Assembly (NCBI GenBank): GCA_047639475.1 | Contig: JBLIOD010000004.1 | Coordinates: 14,159 to 78,158 of the forward strand | Reading direction: 5' to 3' | Source of the DNA: Gammaproteobacteria bacterium | GTDB taxonomy: Bacteria > Pseudomonadota > Gammaproteobacteria > Arenicellales > Poriferihabitantaceae | DNA: 64,000 nucleotides | Part shown: piece after piece, positions 39,680 through 49,842 of the stretch | How the letters are laid out: the number at the start of each line of letters is the position of its first letter | How positions within the stretch are numbered: position 1 is the stretch's first letter | The notes under the pieces: model-generated | Told to the model about the DNA's origin: nothing | Databases searched by the model: none | The model's input: the letters and a program-made list of their open reading frames with translations, nothing else | Program-made: the position numbers and the translations under genes

Positions 39680-40560
39680 ACCGCTACTTTGAAGTTTATT
39701 TTTGGAAAGGGGTTATACCCATCTAATACAAAGTGCTGCATGATGTCTGCAGTATCTAATTCCAATAGACTATGGATGTCCTCAATGGATGCAATTTGAT
39801 CACTGATAGTTAATTTGGGTAATGCTCTGGGTTCGCGTAGTAGCTGCTTTTGCAAACCAGGTAGGTGATCATACTCTGCCATGGTCCCATCAGCTTTGCC
39901 GGTATAGACGTGTGCATCTATTAAAGTATGTCCAAACTCACCCACTTTCATGCCGGTAAACTTTGCGATGAGTTCTAACAAAAAAGCATAACCTGCAATA
40001 TTGTAAGGCACGCCGAGCGCAATGTCAGCGCTACGCTGTGTTAGATGTAGACACAATCGCGGCACTCCATATTCGTCATTTTGCGTATTAAGTACCCAAA
40101 ACGCATGGCAGGGCGGCAGTGCGCTGTTTTGAGCGTTGCCAGGAGACCAAGCTGAAACCACCAATCGGCGACTCATTGGGTTGTGTTTGAGTTCGCCGAT
40201 GACATAGGCGATCTGGTCGTTAAAGGTTTGCTCTCCCGCAGGATTTTGGGTGGGGAAATGACGCCAAAAATTGCCATAGGCGCTGGGTACCTTAGATGTT
40301 TTTGGATCAGCCCAAGGGTCCCAAAATTTGCAGCCGTGTTTTTGCAATAAACGGATATCGGTGCTTCCTGATAAAAACCACAGATTTTCAATAACAATAT
40401 TCTTCCACGAGATTTCCTTGGTCGTGAGTAAAGGAAAGCCTTCGCTTACATCAATGCTGTAGTTAATGTTGAAGGTGGATAGCGTGTCTACCCCAGTGCG
40501 ATTGTGTTTGCGGGTGCCTTTAGTTAGGGCAGTTTGTACGGCGTTTAAATATTGCTTCAT
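39676..40560 (-). CDS. thyA: Thymidylate synthase (ThyA, long form)
   Basis: 294 aa. It has RTGV.T.S.F, FPLLTTK, the catalytic ALPPCH, LTQRSADIALGVPYNIA and DAHVY. Confidence 0.93.
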   Translation of the reverse strand: MKQYLNAVQTALTKGTRKHNRTGVDTLSTFNINYSIDVSEGFPLLTTKEISWKNIVIENLWFLSGSTDIRLLQKHGCKFWDPWADPKTSKVPSAYGNFWRHFPTQNPAGEQTFNDQIAYVIGELKHNPMSRRLVVSAWSPGNAQNSALPPCHAFWVLNTQNDEYGVPRLCLHLTQRSADIALGVPYNIAGYAFLLELIAKFTGMKVGEFGHTLIDAHVYTGKADGTMAEYDHLPGLQKQLLREPRALPKLTISDQIASIEDIHSLLELDTADIMQHFVLDGYNPFPKINFKVAV

Positions 40561-40585
40561 TGTTTTTTCCGAGGTGACCTGATGA

Positions 40586-41875
40586 TTAGGGTTCCTTAAA
40601 GTAAAACTCTAGCGCTTCTCGCGCCAAATCTCCAGATTTTACGTACCACTTTTCTTTGTTTATACACATTACTGCAAAAGCGATTCTCTTGTCGTTATGG
40701 ATTCCATAACCGATGATCCAATCATAACTGCCTTTGGGGTTATTGCCGCGCAGGTGACCAGTTTTCGCGCCAACCACGGCATTTTTAAAGGCTTTTTTCC
40801 TAGAAAGCTTTCCGATATTTTTCCGGCCTGAGCCGTCTTTAACGGTTGCCTGCATGAGCTTTTGCATACGCTTGCTAGTTTGATCAGTAATCACATCAAT
40901 GGAGGGCGGCGATGATTCATAGAGCATATCGCCGGCATCGTTGTGAACGCTTTCTACCACGGAAGGGGGGATTAGTCGGCCACCATTGATAATGCTGGCG
41001 GCGATGGCTGCGCCATGTACTGGGCTCAGCGTGTTGGCCCGTGTATAGCCCGACGCAGCTTCTACAACTTGCCACTCATCGTTCTCATCGATATTGACGC
41101 TGCCATTGTCAAAATCAAAATCTGAAGTGAATTGGGCATTGTACCCATATTTGAGCGCGTAGCGACTGAGCTTTTCTGCCCCTAATTGCTTAGCGCCGAT
41201 GCGACCAAAAATTGGGTTCACTGACTTGGCGAAAGCGGTGGTAAGACTCATGTCGCGAGTCCATTTGTTGCGTTTGGTGCTAAACACTTGGCTTTTATAC
41301 AAAGAAGTCGACTTCCCGTTAAACGAATAAACCGTGTTTGGCGTCGCGATTCCTTCTTCTAACACAGCAACAGCGGTTATTAGCTTAAAGGTAGAGGCGC
41401 CGGGATAGGTTGCTTTAAAGGGCAAGTCTGCGCTGGGGCCGTTATCGCGCCTTGATGATGTCATTGCCAAGACCTTGCCAGTATCTGGGTCGAGGGCGAC
41501 GAAACTGGCGTAATCAGGGTTGTAGCGTTTTAATCGTGCCTCTGCCCAGGCCTGTAATGCAGGGTCGAGCGTATACGTAATGTCTAAGGTTTGGTCTTGG
41601 TGACGTATTTGTGACGGATACTGACCTTGATGAATGAATGGGGTTAACTGTTGCCGCAAGCCTTTTTTGGTCAATGGTTGAGTGGTAACTTGTGCGGTTA
41701 CCTTGTATTCAGGCTGTTGTATGTTTGGGTTTACTGGCTGCCATTGCTTGGCAATTAAACCCACCGCTGCTATGGCGAATAAACCGATAACCACCACCCT
41801 AAAAGGGCGTCTGTGCGGTTGTTGATAGGCGAGCGAAGGAATGCTTTGCTCATATGGGCCACGTTTACGGAACAT
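40586..41875 (-). CDS. Penicillin-binding transpeptidase-domain protein (membrane anchored)
   Basis: 429 aa with an N-terminal TM anchor and the three PBP boxes STFK, SVN and KTG in canonical order. Confidence 0.75.
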   Translation of the reverse strand: MFRKRGPYEQSIPSLAYQQPHRRPFRVVVIGLFAIAAVGLIAKQWQPVNPNIQQPEYKVTAQVTTQPLTKKGLRQQLTPFIHQGQYPSQIRHQDQTLDITYTLDPALQAWAEARLKRYNPDYASFVALDPDTGKVLAMTSSRRDNGPSADLPFKATYPGASTFKLITAVAVLEEGIATPNTVYSFNGKSTSLYKSQVFSTKRNKWTRDMSLTTAFAKSVNPIFGRIGAKQLGAEKLSRYALKYGYNAQFTSDFDFDNGSVNIDENDEWQVVEAASGYTRANTLSPVHGAAIAASIINGGRLIPPSVVESVHNDAGDMLYESSPPSIDVITDQTSKRMQKLMQATVKDGSGRKNIGKLSRKKAFKNAVVGAKTGHLRGNNPKGSYDWIIGYGIHNDKRIAFAVMCINKEKWYVKSGDLAREALEFYFKEP

Positions 41876-42553
41876 CTATGGTTTGAGTAGGGTGTCTTTC
41901 GCTGCGTTAATTTGAGCCGCCAAATAATTTGAACCCCCTCGATCTGGATGGAGCTTTTGCATCAGGCGTTTATGGGCGCTTTTTATGTCTTCCTCGTTGG
42001 CATTACTCTCTATGCCTAAAATTTCGTAGGCTTGTTGCTTGCTTAAGGCGCCTGACTCATTTAGTGTATTCGACTTCGGGGCTTCATGGCTATTACGCAT
42101 CGCCATAAAAGCATGGATGGCAGTTCTACTTTGAAAATCTTGCTTGCAAGCTTCTAATAATAAAGCCAGTTGCTCGATATTTAGTTGACTGAGCTTTTTG
42201 CCTTCGAACTCGCCCTGAATAACTGTGGCGTCTAGGCCTTTATTGCTGAAGTCATATTGCACAATCAACCACTGAGTCGTTAATTTAGTGGGGCCAAGGC
42301 TGCGGCCAAAAAGTTGAAATAAGCCTTTGAAGGTCATTATCTTTCGATAAAAAGGAATGACTGCGGAAATCAATGCAAATAAAACCGGTATCTTGCCAGT
42401 GATAACCAATAACAACAACGCGATTCCCACGCCATAGAGAAGTATATTTTTAACCGAATCGTTACGCTGCCGATCGTCCGCTTTGGAATACCAACCAATA
42501 AACGCCATGATGGCGATTAAGGCAAGCAGCGCTAGGAAAACACGAACGAACAT
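41876..42553 (-). CDS. Membrane-anchored J-domain co-chaperone (DjlA-like)
   Basis: 225 aa with N-terminal TM helices and a C-terminal J domain (AYEILGI...ED.K.AHKRLMQKLHPDRGGS.YLAAQIN.AKD.L). Its stop abuts the start of the PBP gene. Confidence 0.7.
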   Translation of the reverse strand: MFVRVFLALLALIAIMAFIGWYSKADDRQRNDSVKNILLYGVGIALLLLVITGKIPVLFALISAVIPFYRKIMTFKGLFQLFGRSLGPTKLTTQWLIVQYDFSNKGLDATVIQGEFEGKKLSQLNIEQLALLLEACKQDFQSRTAIHAFMAMRNSHEAPKSNTLNESGALSKQQAYEILGIESNANEEDIKSAHKRLMQKLHPDRGGSNYLAAQINAAKDTLLKP

Positions 42554-42578
42554 TTAGGCTAGGATGATGTTCAGCTGA

Positions 42579-43703
42579 TTATCGTTCTAGCAAAATGCGT
42601 AACACGCGGCGCAAGGGTTCTGCTGCGCCCCAAAGCAATTGATCCCCAACCGTAAATGCGCTTAGGTATTGATTACCCATTTGCATTTTTCGTAAACGCC
42701 CCACGGGCACGGTCATGGTGCCGGTTGCATAAGCAGGCGTTAGTTTTTGTTGCGAAGGCGCACTTTGATTGGGAATGACTTCTACCCATTGGTTTGCTTC
42801 CCTAATCATCGCTTCAATTTCATCCAACGGGATATCGTGCTTAAGCTTGATGGTTAAAGCTTGCGCATGGCAGCGCATAGAACCGATACGTACGCATAAG
42901 CCGTCAATGGGGATGAGAGCATCGCCGTGGTGACCTAGTATTTTGTTGGTTTCAGCGGGTGCTTTCCATTCTTCGCGGCTAATCCCGTTATCCAAGTCGC
43001 TGTCTATCCAAGGAATGAGGCTGCCTGCTAGAGGTACTTTCCAATTATCTAAGGAAAAGTCGTTGGAATGGAGTGTGTCTGTAACGGTTTTATCAATCTC
43101 CAAAATACTAGAAGCTGGGTTATCAAGTAAATCGGCAGCGGCCGCTTTGATCTCGCCCATTTGGGTAATGAGTTCACGCATATGCTTGGCACCAGAGCCC
43201 GATGCGGCTTGGTAAGTCATGGCGGTCATCCACTCGACGGCATCTGCGTTAAATAAGCCGCCTAGGCCCATTAACATTAAACTCACCGTGCAATTACCAC
43301 CGATCAGCTTGGTGATACCTTTGTCTAAGCCTTGTTCAATGACCGATAAATTGACTGGATCTAAGACAATGATGGAATCAGTGTCCATTCTCAAGGTAGA
43401 GGCTGCATCAATCCAATAGCCTTTCCATCCAGCGTCAATTAGCTGTTGATAAACCGCAGTGGTGTAGTCGCCGCCTTGGCATGTAACAATGGCATCAAGT
43501 TGATTTAATGCGGAAATATCCATGGCATTTTTAAGCGGTGCACAAGTTTTTCCAATGTTCGGTGCTGCTTGGCCTAATTGTGAAGTGGTATAAAATTCCG
43601 GTTCATCGATTAACGTAAAATCACCTTCTGCCACCATGCGTTCTAATAGCACGGAGCCAACCATGCCTCGCCAACCGACGAAGCCTACTTTCTTAACAGC
43701 CAT
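42579..43703 (-). CDS. asd: Aspartate-semialdehyde dehydrogenase
   Basis: 374 aa. [14 protein letters not shown], active-site [11 protein letters not shown] and RCH.QA.T.KL. Confidence 0.95.
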   Translation of the reverse strand: MAVKKVGFVGWRGMVGSVLLERMVAEGDFTLIDEPEFYTTSQLGQAAPNIGKTCAPLKNAMDISALNQLDAIVTCQGGDYTTAVYQQLIDAGWKGYWIDAASTLRMDTDSIIVLDPVNLSVIEQGLDKGITKLIGGNCTVSLMLMGLGGLFNADAVEWMTAMTYQAASGSGAKHMRELITQMGEIKAAAADLLDNPASSILEIDKTVTDTLHSNDFSLDNWKVPLAGSLIPWIDSDLDNGISREEWKAPAETNKILGHHGDALIPIDGLCVRIGSMRCHAQALTIKLKHDIPLDEIEAMIREANQWVEVIPNQSAPSQQKLTPAYATGTMTVPVGRLRKMQMGNQYLSAFTVGDQLLWGAAEPLRRVLRILLER

Positions 43704-44009
43704 TTAAATAGTTTGTAGAGTTATAAAGAGATCGCAATTATAGCGAATCGATATTGAAAATACGCTGCTACAGTATTAAATTTAGGAGAAGATTCATTCA
43801 AAATACTGGTCAATTTTACAGTATTTGAGCTTAAAACCCATTTGCGCCACCTATGGCATTGATGTTCGTGGATAATTAAGGTAAAACGCGGTTTGGTTAT
43901 GCATGCGACTGGTTATTGATTAGCTGTAACTCTGATGTTGATAACGTGATTTAAATGACGACTATCGTCATGCCCCCATCAATTTAATTTTTAAGATAAA
44001 GAGGTTTTA

Positions 44010-45734
44010 GTGGAACTCACTGGTGCTGAGATTGTTGTGCAAAGTTTGCACGACGAAGGCGTAGAATTTGTATATGGTTATCCAGGTGGTGCAGCCTTGC
44101 ACATCTATGATGCGATATACAATCATGAACATATTAAACATATATTAACCCGCCACGAGCAGGGTGCGACGCATATCGCCGATGGATATACACGCTCTAC
44201 GGGTAAGACAGGCGTTGTATTGGTGACTTCTGGTCCGGGTGCGACTAACGCGGTCACGGGTATAGCAACGGCATTCATGGACTCTATTCCCATGGTGGTG
44301 ATCACGGCGCAAGTGCCCAGCCCATTGATCGGTACTGACGCGTTTCAAGAAGCCGATATCATTGGTATTACCCGCCCATGTGTGAAGCACAACTTCATGG
44401 TTAGGAACGTCAATGATTTGGCCGAAACTATAAAGCGCGCTTTTCATATTGCGGAAACAGGCCGGCCTGGGCCGGTTGTCGTTGATATTCCGAAGGACGT
44501 CACTGCGCATAAAGCGCATTACCATTATCCAGAATCGGTTTCTATTCGTTCTTATCAGCCTATTATTAAGGGCAACGATCGTCAAATTCGCAAGGGTTTG
44601 GAATTATTATCACAAGCTCTTCGGCCGATTATTTATGTGGGCGGCGGCGCGGTGTTATCAAATGCTTCCACTGAGTTGACGCAGTGGGTTAAATCAACTG
44701 GTTTGCCAATAACACAAACCTTGATGGCCCTGGGTGCGTATCCAGCGCCAGATAAGCAGTTTATCGGCATGTTGGGCATGCACGGCACTTATGAAGCTAA
44801 TATGGCCATGCATGAGGCTGACTTAATATTCGCTATAGGGGCTCGATTCGATGACCGTATTACGGGAGATTTAACCAAATTCGCCCCGAAGGCCAAGGTG
44901 GTGCAAATCGATATTGATCCCGCCTCAATTGGAAAGAATAGGCAAGTAGATGTACCTATCGTGGGCGACGTTAAGGTGGTAATGAATCAGATCATTAACG
45001 CGGCAAAAGAGATGCCAGCGCATGATGCAGAACGAACCGCAGATTGGTGGGCCCAAATTAACGACTGGCGTTCAATTGACTGCTTGGCGTTTGATCTCAG
45101 CGACACCGTTATCAAGCCCCAACAGGTAATCAAAGATTTGTACGAAGTCACGGGTGGTAATGCCTTTGTTGCTTCCGACGTCGGTCAACATCAAATGTGG
45201 GCGGCGCAATACTATGACTTTGACGAGCCTCGTAAGTGGCTCAATTCAGGCGGCTTAGGTACGATGGGCTTTGGTTTGCCCGCCGCAATGGGAGCACAAT
45301 TTGGTAATCCTAATGCTGATGTGGCTTGCGTTACAGGTGATGGCAGTATATTGATGTGTATCCAAGAGCTCGCGACTTGTTTGCAATATTCTTTGCCAGT
45401 AAAGGTGTTGTGTCTTAATAATCGCTACTTAGGGATGGTCCGTCAATGGCAAGAGTTTATTTATGAGCGTCGTTATTCGCACAGTTATATGGATTCATTG
45501 CCCGATTTCGTGAAGCTCACGGAGAGTTTTGGCCATGTTGGAATGCGTGTTGAAAAGCCCTCTGATGTGAAAGATGCAATTAAAGAAGCATTCTCAATGA
45601 AAGATCGTTTGGTGTTTATGGATATCATTACAGATCAATCAGAAAACGTTTTCCCGATGATTCCAGGCGGGGCAGGTCATGCAGAAATGGTGTTACATCC
45701 TAGCACCAAGAAGCCAAAAGTAGGGGGTGCCTAA
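44010..45734 (+). CDS. ilvI: Acetolactate synthase large subunit
   Basis: GTG start preceded by aaagagg. 574 aa. It has the ThDP enzyme motifs GYPGGA, HEQGA.H.ADGY.R.TGK.GV...TSGPGATN and GDG.F.M..QEL.T. Confidence 0.93.
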   Translation: MELTGAEIVVQSLHDEGVEFVYGYPGGAALHIYDAIYNHEHIKHILTRHEQGATHIADGYTRSTGKTGVVLVTSGPGATNAVTGIATAFMDSIPMVVITAQVPSPLIGTDAFQEADIIGITRPCVKHNFMVRNVNDLAETIKRAFHIAETGRPGPVVVDIPKDVTAHKAHYHYPESVSIRSYQPIIKGNDRQIRKGLELLSQALRPIIYVGGGAVLSNASTELTQWVKSTGLPITQTLMALGAYPAPDKQFIGMLGMHGTYEANMAMHEADLIFAIGARFDDRITGDLTKFAPKAKVVQIDIDPASIGKNRQVDVPIVGDVKVVMNQIINAAKEMPAHDAERTADWWAQINDWRSIDCLAFDLSDTVIKPQQVIKDLYEVTGGNAFVASDVGQHQMWAAQYYDFDEPRKWLNSGGLGTMGFGLPAAMGAQFGNPNADVACVTGDGSILMCIQELATCLQYSLPVKVLCLNNRYLGMVRQWQEFIYERRYSHSYMDSLPDFVKLTESFGHVGMRVEKPSDVKDAIKEAFSMKDRLVFMDIITDQSENVFPMIPGGAGHAEMVLHPSTKKPKVGGA

Positions 45735-46228
45735 TGCGTCGTATAATTGCTATGTTAATGGAAAATGAATCGGGTGCTTTGTCGCGTGTGGCAGGCTTAT
45801 TTTCGGCTCGGGCATACAATATTGAATCGCTCACCGTCGCCGCGACGGAAGATCCTACTTTGTCGCGCCTGACCTTGGTTACGATAGGGGATGACAATAA
45901 AATTGAACAAATACTTAAACAAATCAATAAGTTGATTGATGTTGTTAAGGTGGTTGATCTTTCCGCTAGTGCCCATATAGAACGGGAAGTTGTATTGCTT
46001 AAAGTCATCGCAAAAGGCAACGAACAGCGTGAAGAGGTTAAACGTTTGGTTGATATATTTGACTCGCATATTGTAGATGTGAGCGATACCACTTATACGA
46101 TTCAAATGATTGGTGACGCGGATCAAACCGATGCTTTTATCAGTGCGATGCAAATTGCAGATATTGTAGAAACTGCTAGATCTGGTGTCACCGGTATTGC
46201 TAGAGGTAAAAAAGGTCTAAAGGTCTAA
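45734..46228 (+). CDS. ilvH: Acetolactate synthase small (regulatory) subunit
   Basis: 164 aa ACT-domain protein. L.ENE.GALSRV.GLFS.R.YNIESLTVA.TED...SR.T. It overlaps the ilvI stop by 1 nt. Confidence 0.93.
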   Translation: MRRIIAMLMENESGALSRVAGLFSARAYNIESLTVAATEDPTLSRLTLVTIGDDNKIEQILKQINKLIDVVKVVDLSASAHIEREVVLLKVIAKGNEQREEVKRLVDIFDSHIVDVSDTTYTIQMIGDADQTDAFISAMQIADIVETARSGVTGIARGKKGLKV

Positions 46229-46263
46229 AGGTTTAATTCCCCTTTTGCTTATACTAGAGCCCT

Positions 46264-46293
46264 AAAGCATGGCTATTTCGGCCATGCTTTTTT
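46264..46293 (+). terminator. Rho-independent terminator of ilvIH
   Basis: A perfect 10-bp stem, aaagcatggc (46264-46273) with gccatgcttt (46281-46290), has a 7-nt loop and runs into a T tract (46288-46293). It lies 36 nt after the ilvH stop. Confidence 0.78.
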
Positions 46294-46487
46294 GTCTTAG
46301 CTCAGGAAACTATTGGCTCAGGTTAAACTAAGCCAAACTAAACCAGGCTTTATGCTTATATAATACCCCTGTGACGAACACCCCTTTAAACGCTAGGAAT
46401 ACCAGCACGGGCAAACCGGGCACCTGATGTCAGTCTGACCATCGGTGTTAATATGCATCAATATCGAGAATTTTAAACCTATTTATA

Positions 46488-47267
46488 ATGACTGAAAATA
46501 CACCTAGTAAAGGCGTTTATATACTGCCCAGCTTATTTACCACAGCGGGACTATTTTTTGGCTTCTACGCTATTATTTCTGCCTCGCGAGGCGAATTTGA
46601 CGCTGCCGCTATTGGCATACTTATCGCGATGATTACCGATACTTTGGACGGCCGTGTTGCCCGTATGACTAATACGGCCAGCGACTTTGGTAAGGAGTAC
46701 GATAGTCTGGTTGACTTGGTGGCCTTTGGCCTGGCTCCAGGGTTAGTCATGTATTTCTGGGCTTTGCAAGATTTGGGTAAAACCGGTTGGGTTATTTCAT
46801 TCATCTACGTTGCAGCAACTGCGCTGCGGCTTGCTCGTTTTAATACCATTACCTCTGATGATAAGCGTTATTTTGTGGGTTTGCCCAGCCCTTCGGGTGC
46901 TGCATTCGTGGTGTTCTGGGTATGGACATTTCACGACTTTGCTGTGACGGGGTTGTTTATTTCCATTGTGAGTGCGCTCATCACACTTATCTCAGCAATG
47001 TTGATGGTTAGCGGTATTAAATTCCGCAGTTTCAAAGACCTAGATGTCAAAAGTAAAGTGCCATTTGTTTTTGTTATCGCCTTCGTGTTTGTCATTTCTT
47101 TGATCACCTTTGATCCGCCACGTGTGTTGTTTTTAATTTCAGCAGCGTTTGTCTTGTCTGGCCCAATTTCATGGGTGATGCGAGTTTCGAAAGGTGAGGA
47201 AAAGTGGAAGTCCATCATTGAAGACCCAGAAGACTCCTTGCCCTTTGAAGAAGACAAAGACGACTAG
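46488..47267 (+). CDS. pssA: CDP-diacylglycerol-serine O-phosphatidyltransferase (CDP-alcohol transferase type)
   Basis: 259 aa polytopic membrane protein with the CDP-alcohol motif D..DG..AR......FG.E.DSL.D. Confidence 0.88.
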   Translation: MTENTPSKGVYILPSLFTTAGLFFGFYAIISASRGEFDAAAIGILIAMITDTLDGRVARMTNTASDFGKEYDSLVDLVAFGLAPGLVMYFWALQDLGKTGWVISFIYVAATALRLARFNTITSDDKRYFVGLPSPSGAAFVVFWVWTFHDFAVTGLFISIVSALITLISAMLMVSGIKFRSFKDLDVKSKVPFVFVIAFVFVISLITFDPPRVLFLISAAFVLSGPISWVMRVSKGEEKWKSIIEDPEDSLPFEEDKDD

Positions 47268-47423
47268 CCATTGTCTATTTTCTAGAACTTTCAATGCTTA
47301 CGTGCTATCGCTCTTGCCTATTGCATAGGTACAGTGGCATCAGTGCATTAGACTGATTGCTAATCGTTTTAAGTCAGGACACAAGTTAAACTTTAATTTT
47401 ATTGTTATCACCCAATTTTTCTT

Positions 47424-48407
47424 ATGAAACCACCTGTAAAAGTCGCTATTACCGGTGCTGCTGGCAGCATCGCTTATTCTCTTATTTTCCAAATCGGTTC
47501 AGGCAATATGCTAGGCCCAGATCAGCCAGTGATTCTTAATCTGATCGAAATTGAACCCGCCATGGGCGCCTTGAAAGGGGTTGCCATGGAAATTGACGAT
47601 TGCGCATTTCCTTTAGTGCAGGGCGTTAATTTAACCAGCGACCCGGAAGTGGGCTTTGCTGATATTGACTTCGCGTTATTGGTCGGCGCTCGCCCGCGCG
47701 GTAAGGGCATGGAGCGCAAAGATCTATTAGAAGCCAACGCGGCTATTTTCTCAGGTCAAGGTAAAGCACTGAATAAAGTGGCTAAACGCGACGTTAAAGT
47801 ATTGGTGGTGGGTAACCCTGCTAACACCAACGCGCTAATTGCAATGCATAACGCGCCAGATATTCCTAATACACAATTCACCGCGATGACACGCCTCGAC
47901 CATCAACGGACTTTATCGCAGTTGGCAGAAAAAGCCGGTTGCTTAGCGATTGAAGTTAAAAAGCCTACTATTTGGGGTAACCATTCAGCCACACAATACC
48001 CTGACGTGTTTCATGCGGAGATTCAGGGAAAGCCTGCGATGGAAAGCTTAGATCAAGCTTGGTTGGAGAGTGATTTGATCCCGACGGTACAAAAGCGTGG
48101 TGCGGCCATTATCAATGCGCGTGGCGCTTCTAGCGCTGCGTCTGCAGCCCACGCTGCAGTGTGTCACATGCGTGATTGGGCGCTGGGTTCTGCTGAGGGC
48201 GATTGGGTAAGCATGGCGATCAAATCAAATGGCGATTACGGCATTGATGAAAATTTAATCTACTCATTCCCCGTGGTGTGTAAAGACGGCAAATACGCCG
48301 TAGTGCAAGGCTTAGAAATCAGTGATTTCAGCCGTGAGCGCATGACTGCCACTGAGCAAGAGCTACAAGAAGAACGCAGCATGGTTGAGCATCTATTTGC
48401 TTCGTAA
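47424..48407 (+). CDS. mdh: Malate dehydrogenase (LDH-like long type)
   Basis: 327 aa. [41 protein letters not shown] and GNHS.TQ.PD. Confidence 0.93.
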   Translation: MKPPVKVAITGAAGSIAYSLIFQIGSGNMLGPDQPVILNLIEIEPAMGALKGVAMEIDDCAFPLVQGVNLTSDPEVGFADIDFALLVGARPRGKGMERKDLLEANAAIFSGQGKALNKVAKRDVKVLVVGNPANTNALIAMHNAPDIPNTQFTAMTRLDHQRTLSQLAEKAGCLAIEVKKPTIWGNHSATQYPDVFHAEIQGKPAMESLDQAWLESDLIPTVQKRGAAIINARGASSAASAAHAAVCHMRDWALGSAEGDWVSMAIKSNGDYGIDENLIYSFPVVCKDGKYAVVQGLEISDFSRERMTATEQELQEERSMVEHLFAS

Positions 48408-48439
48408 TTCAAACGTCTTTTTAAGAGCAGGGCGCTAGC

Positions 48440-49255
48440 ATGGAGGTTAGCGTTATCATTCCAACTTATAATCGCGCAGATAAAACCTGCGCGGCTATTG
48501 CTTCAGTTATCGCACAAACGCATGCGCCAACAGAAGTGATAGTGGTAGATGACGGATCAACGGATGAGACCTTGAATACGATTTCATCACAGTTTCCCAC
48601 TGTCACTTTGTTAACTCAAACTAATGAAGGGGTGAGCAGTGCCCGAAATACAGGAATAATACAAGCTGCTGGTAAATGGCTGGCTTTTTTGGACTCTGAT
48701 GATACGTGGTTGCCAGAGAAGTTAGAAAAACAAGCTGCGGCCAGCAAGGGTAACCCTCAAATAAAAGTCATTCATAGTGACGAGATTTGGATTCGCGACG
48801 GGGTTCGGGTTAACCCGATGAAGAAACATCAAAAGCCAACAGGTTGGATTTATCCTCAGTGTTTGCCCTTGTGCTGCGTATCGCCTTCTAGTGTGCTTAT
48901 TGAAGCAGCGTTATTCGACGAGGTGGGTCTGTTCGATGAAGGTTTACCTGCCTGTGAGGACTACGATATGTGGCTGCGAATGTTTTCTCGCTACCCTGTT
49001 CATTTGGTGAATGAAGCACTACTGGTAAAAACAGGTGGACATGAAGATCAACTTTCTAGAAAGCATTGGGGAATGGATCGTTTTCGCGTCACAGCGTTGC
49101 ACAATATTTTACAAGCTGGTCTACTAGACAATGCCCAAATAAAAATAACGACGGATGTCCTAAAAGCAAAATGTGATGTTCTTATAGCTGGCGGCTTGAA
49201 GCGTGGTAACACAGACTTGGTAGAGCAGTGCCAATTCATCTCTGCTAGTCATTAA
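48440..49255 (+). CDS. Family 2 glycosyltransferase
   Basis: 271 aa. The N-terminus VSVIIPTYNR......I.SV..QT.....VIVVDDGSTD and the DSDD motif (FLDSDDTW). Confidence 0.8.
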   Translation: MEVSVIIPTYNRADKTCAAIASVIAQTHAPTEVIVVDDGSTDETLNTISSQFPTVTLLTQTNEGVSSARNTGIIQAAGKWLAFLDSDDTWLPEKLEKQAAASKGNPQIKVIHSDEIWIRDGVRVNPMKKHQKPTGWIYPQCLPLCCVSPSSVLIEAALFDEVGLFDEGLPACEDYDMWLRMFSRYPVHLVNEALLVKTGGHEDQLSRKHWGMDRFRVTALHNILQAGLLDNAQIKITTDVLKAKCDVLIAGGLKRGNTDLVEQCQFISASH

Positions 49256-49257
49256 CC

Positions 49258-49839
49258 ATGCGGTCGTTAACGGTTCTAACTGCCACTAAAGCAGAAGCCG
49301 CCGCGCTGATTAATCACTTCAAGTTGGTTAAGGGTGAAGTAGGGCAAAATAGTTATCACAACCAGAACTTAAGCGTTGTAGTGACAGGAATAGGCAAACA
49401 AGCAGCGTACCAAAAGGTTAAACAACTAGTTGAGGGTGGTTTAGGGGTTGATGCCATAGTGAATATTGGGATCGCAGGAGCCAAAGAGTTAGCGGTCGGT
49501 AGTTTGGTCTGGCCAAGACGGGTGGGTGACGTAATTATCAATAAGGGCCTGCCTGAACAGCAAACTAGCGCGATGCAGGTGCTCTCTTCAGATAAGCCCA
49601 CACAACCAACAGAAGTAAGGATAATTTATGACATGGAGGCGCAAGGAATTTGCGATGCATTGACCGCAAAGACAAGCCACGTTCAGGTGTTTTGTGCTAA
49701 AGTTATCTCTGATAATGAACGCCATTCGCACAAGCAAATTAGCGCCCAACAAGCCACTGATTTGATTCGGCGCCATCTTGTTGAATTCGAACGAATGTTC
49801 GAGCTTATAGCGCACACTACAGCCGAAACCTACACCTAA
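49258..49839 (+). CDS. Nucleoside-phosphorylase/nucleosidase-fold protein (PNP_UDP_1-like), function unknown
   Basis: 193 aa. It has TGIGK..A, NIGIAGA and DMEAQGI....KVISD spaced as in MTA/SAH-nucleosidase-type proteins. This is a weak, motif-level call. Confidence 0.45.
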   Translation: MRSLTVLTATKAEAAALINHFKLVKGEVGQNSYHNQNLSVVVTGIGKQAAYQKVKQLVEGGLGVDAIVNIGIAGAKELAVGSLVWPRRVGDVIINKGLPEQQTSAMQVLSSDKPTQPTEVRIIYDMEAQGICDALTAKTSHVQVFCAKVISDNERHSHKQISAQQATDLIRRHLVEFERMFELIAHTTAETYT

Positions 49840-49842
49840 GCC

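Noticed and set aside
43955-43987. A possible ilv leader peptide (MTTIVMPPSI) and other mini-ORFs in the 306-nt asd/ilvI spacer.
   Set aside because: I see no Shine-Dalgarno sequence, no run of regulatory Val/Leu/Ile codons, and no terminator/antiterminator pair downstream. E. coli ilvIH is Lrp-controlled rather than attenuated, so I do not call it.
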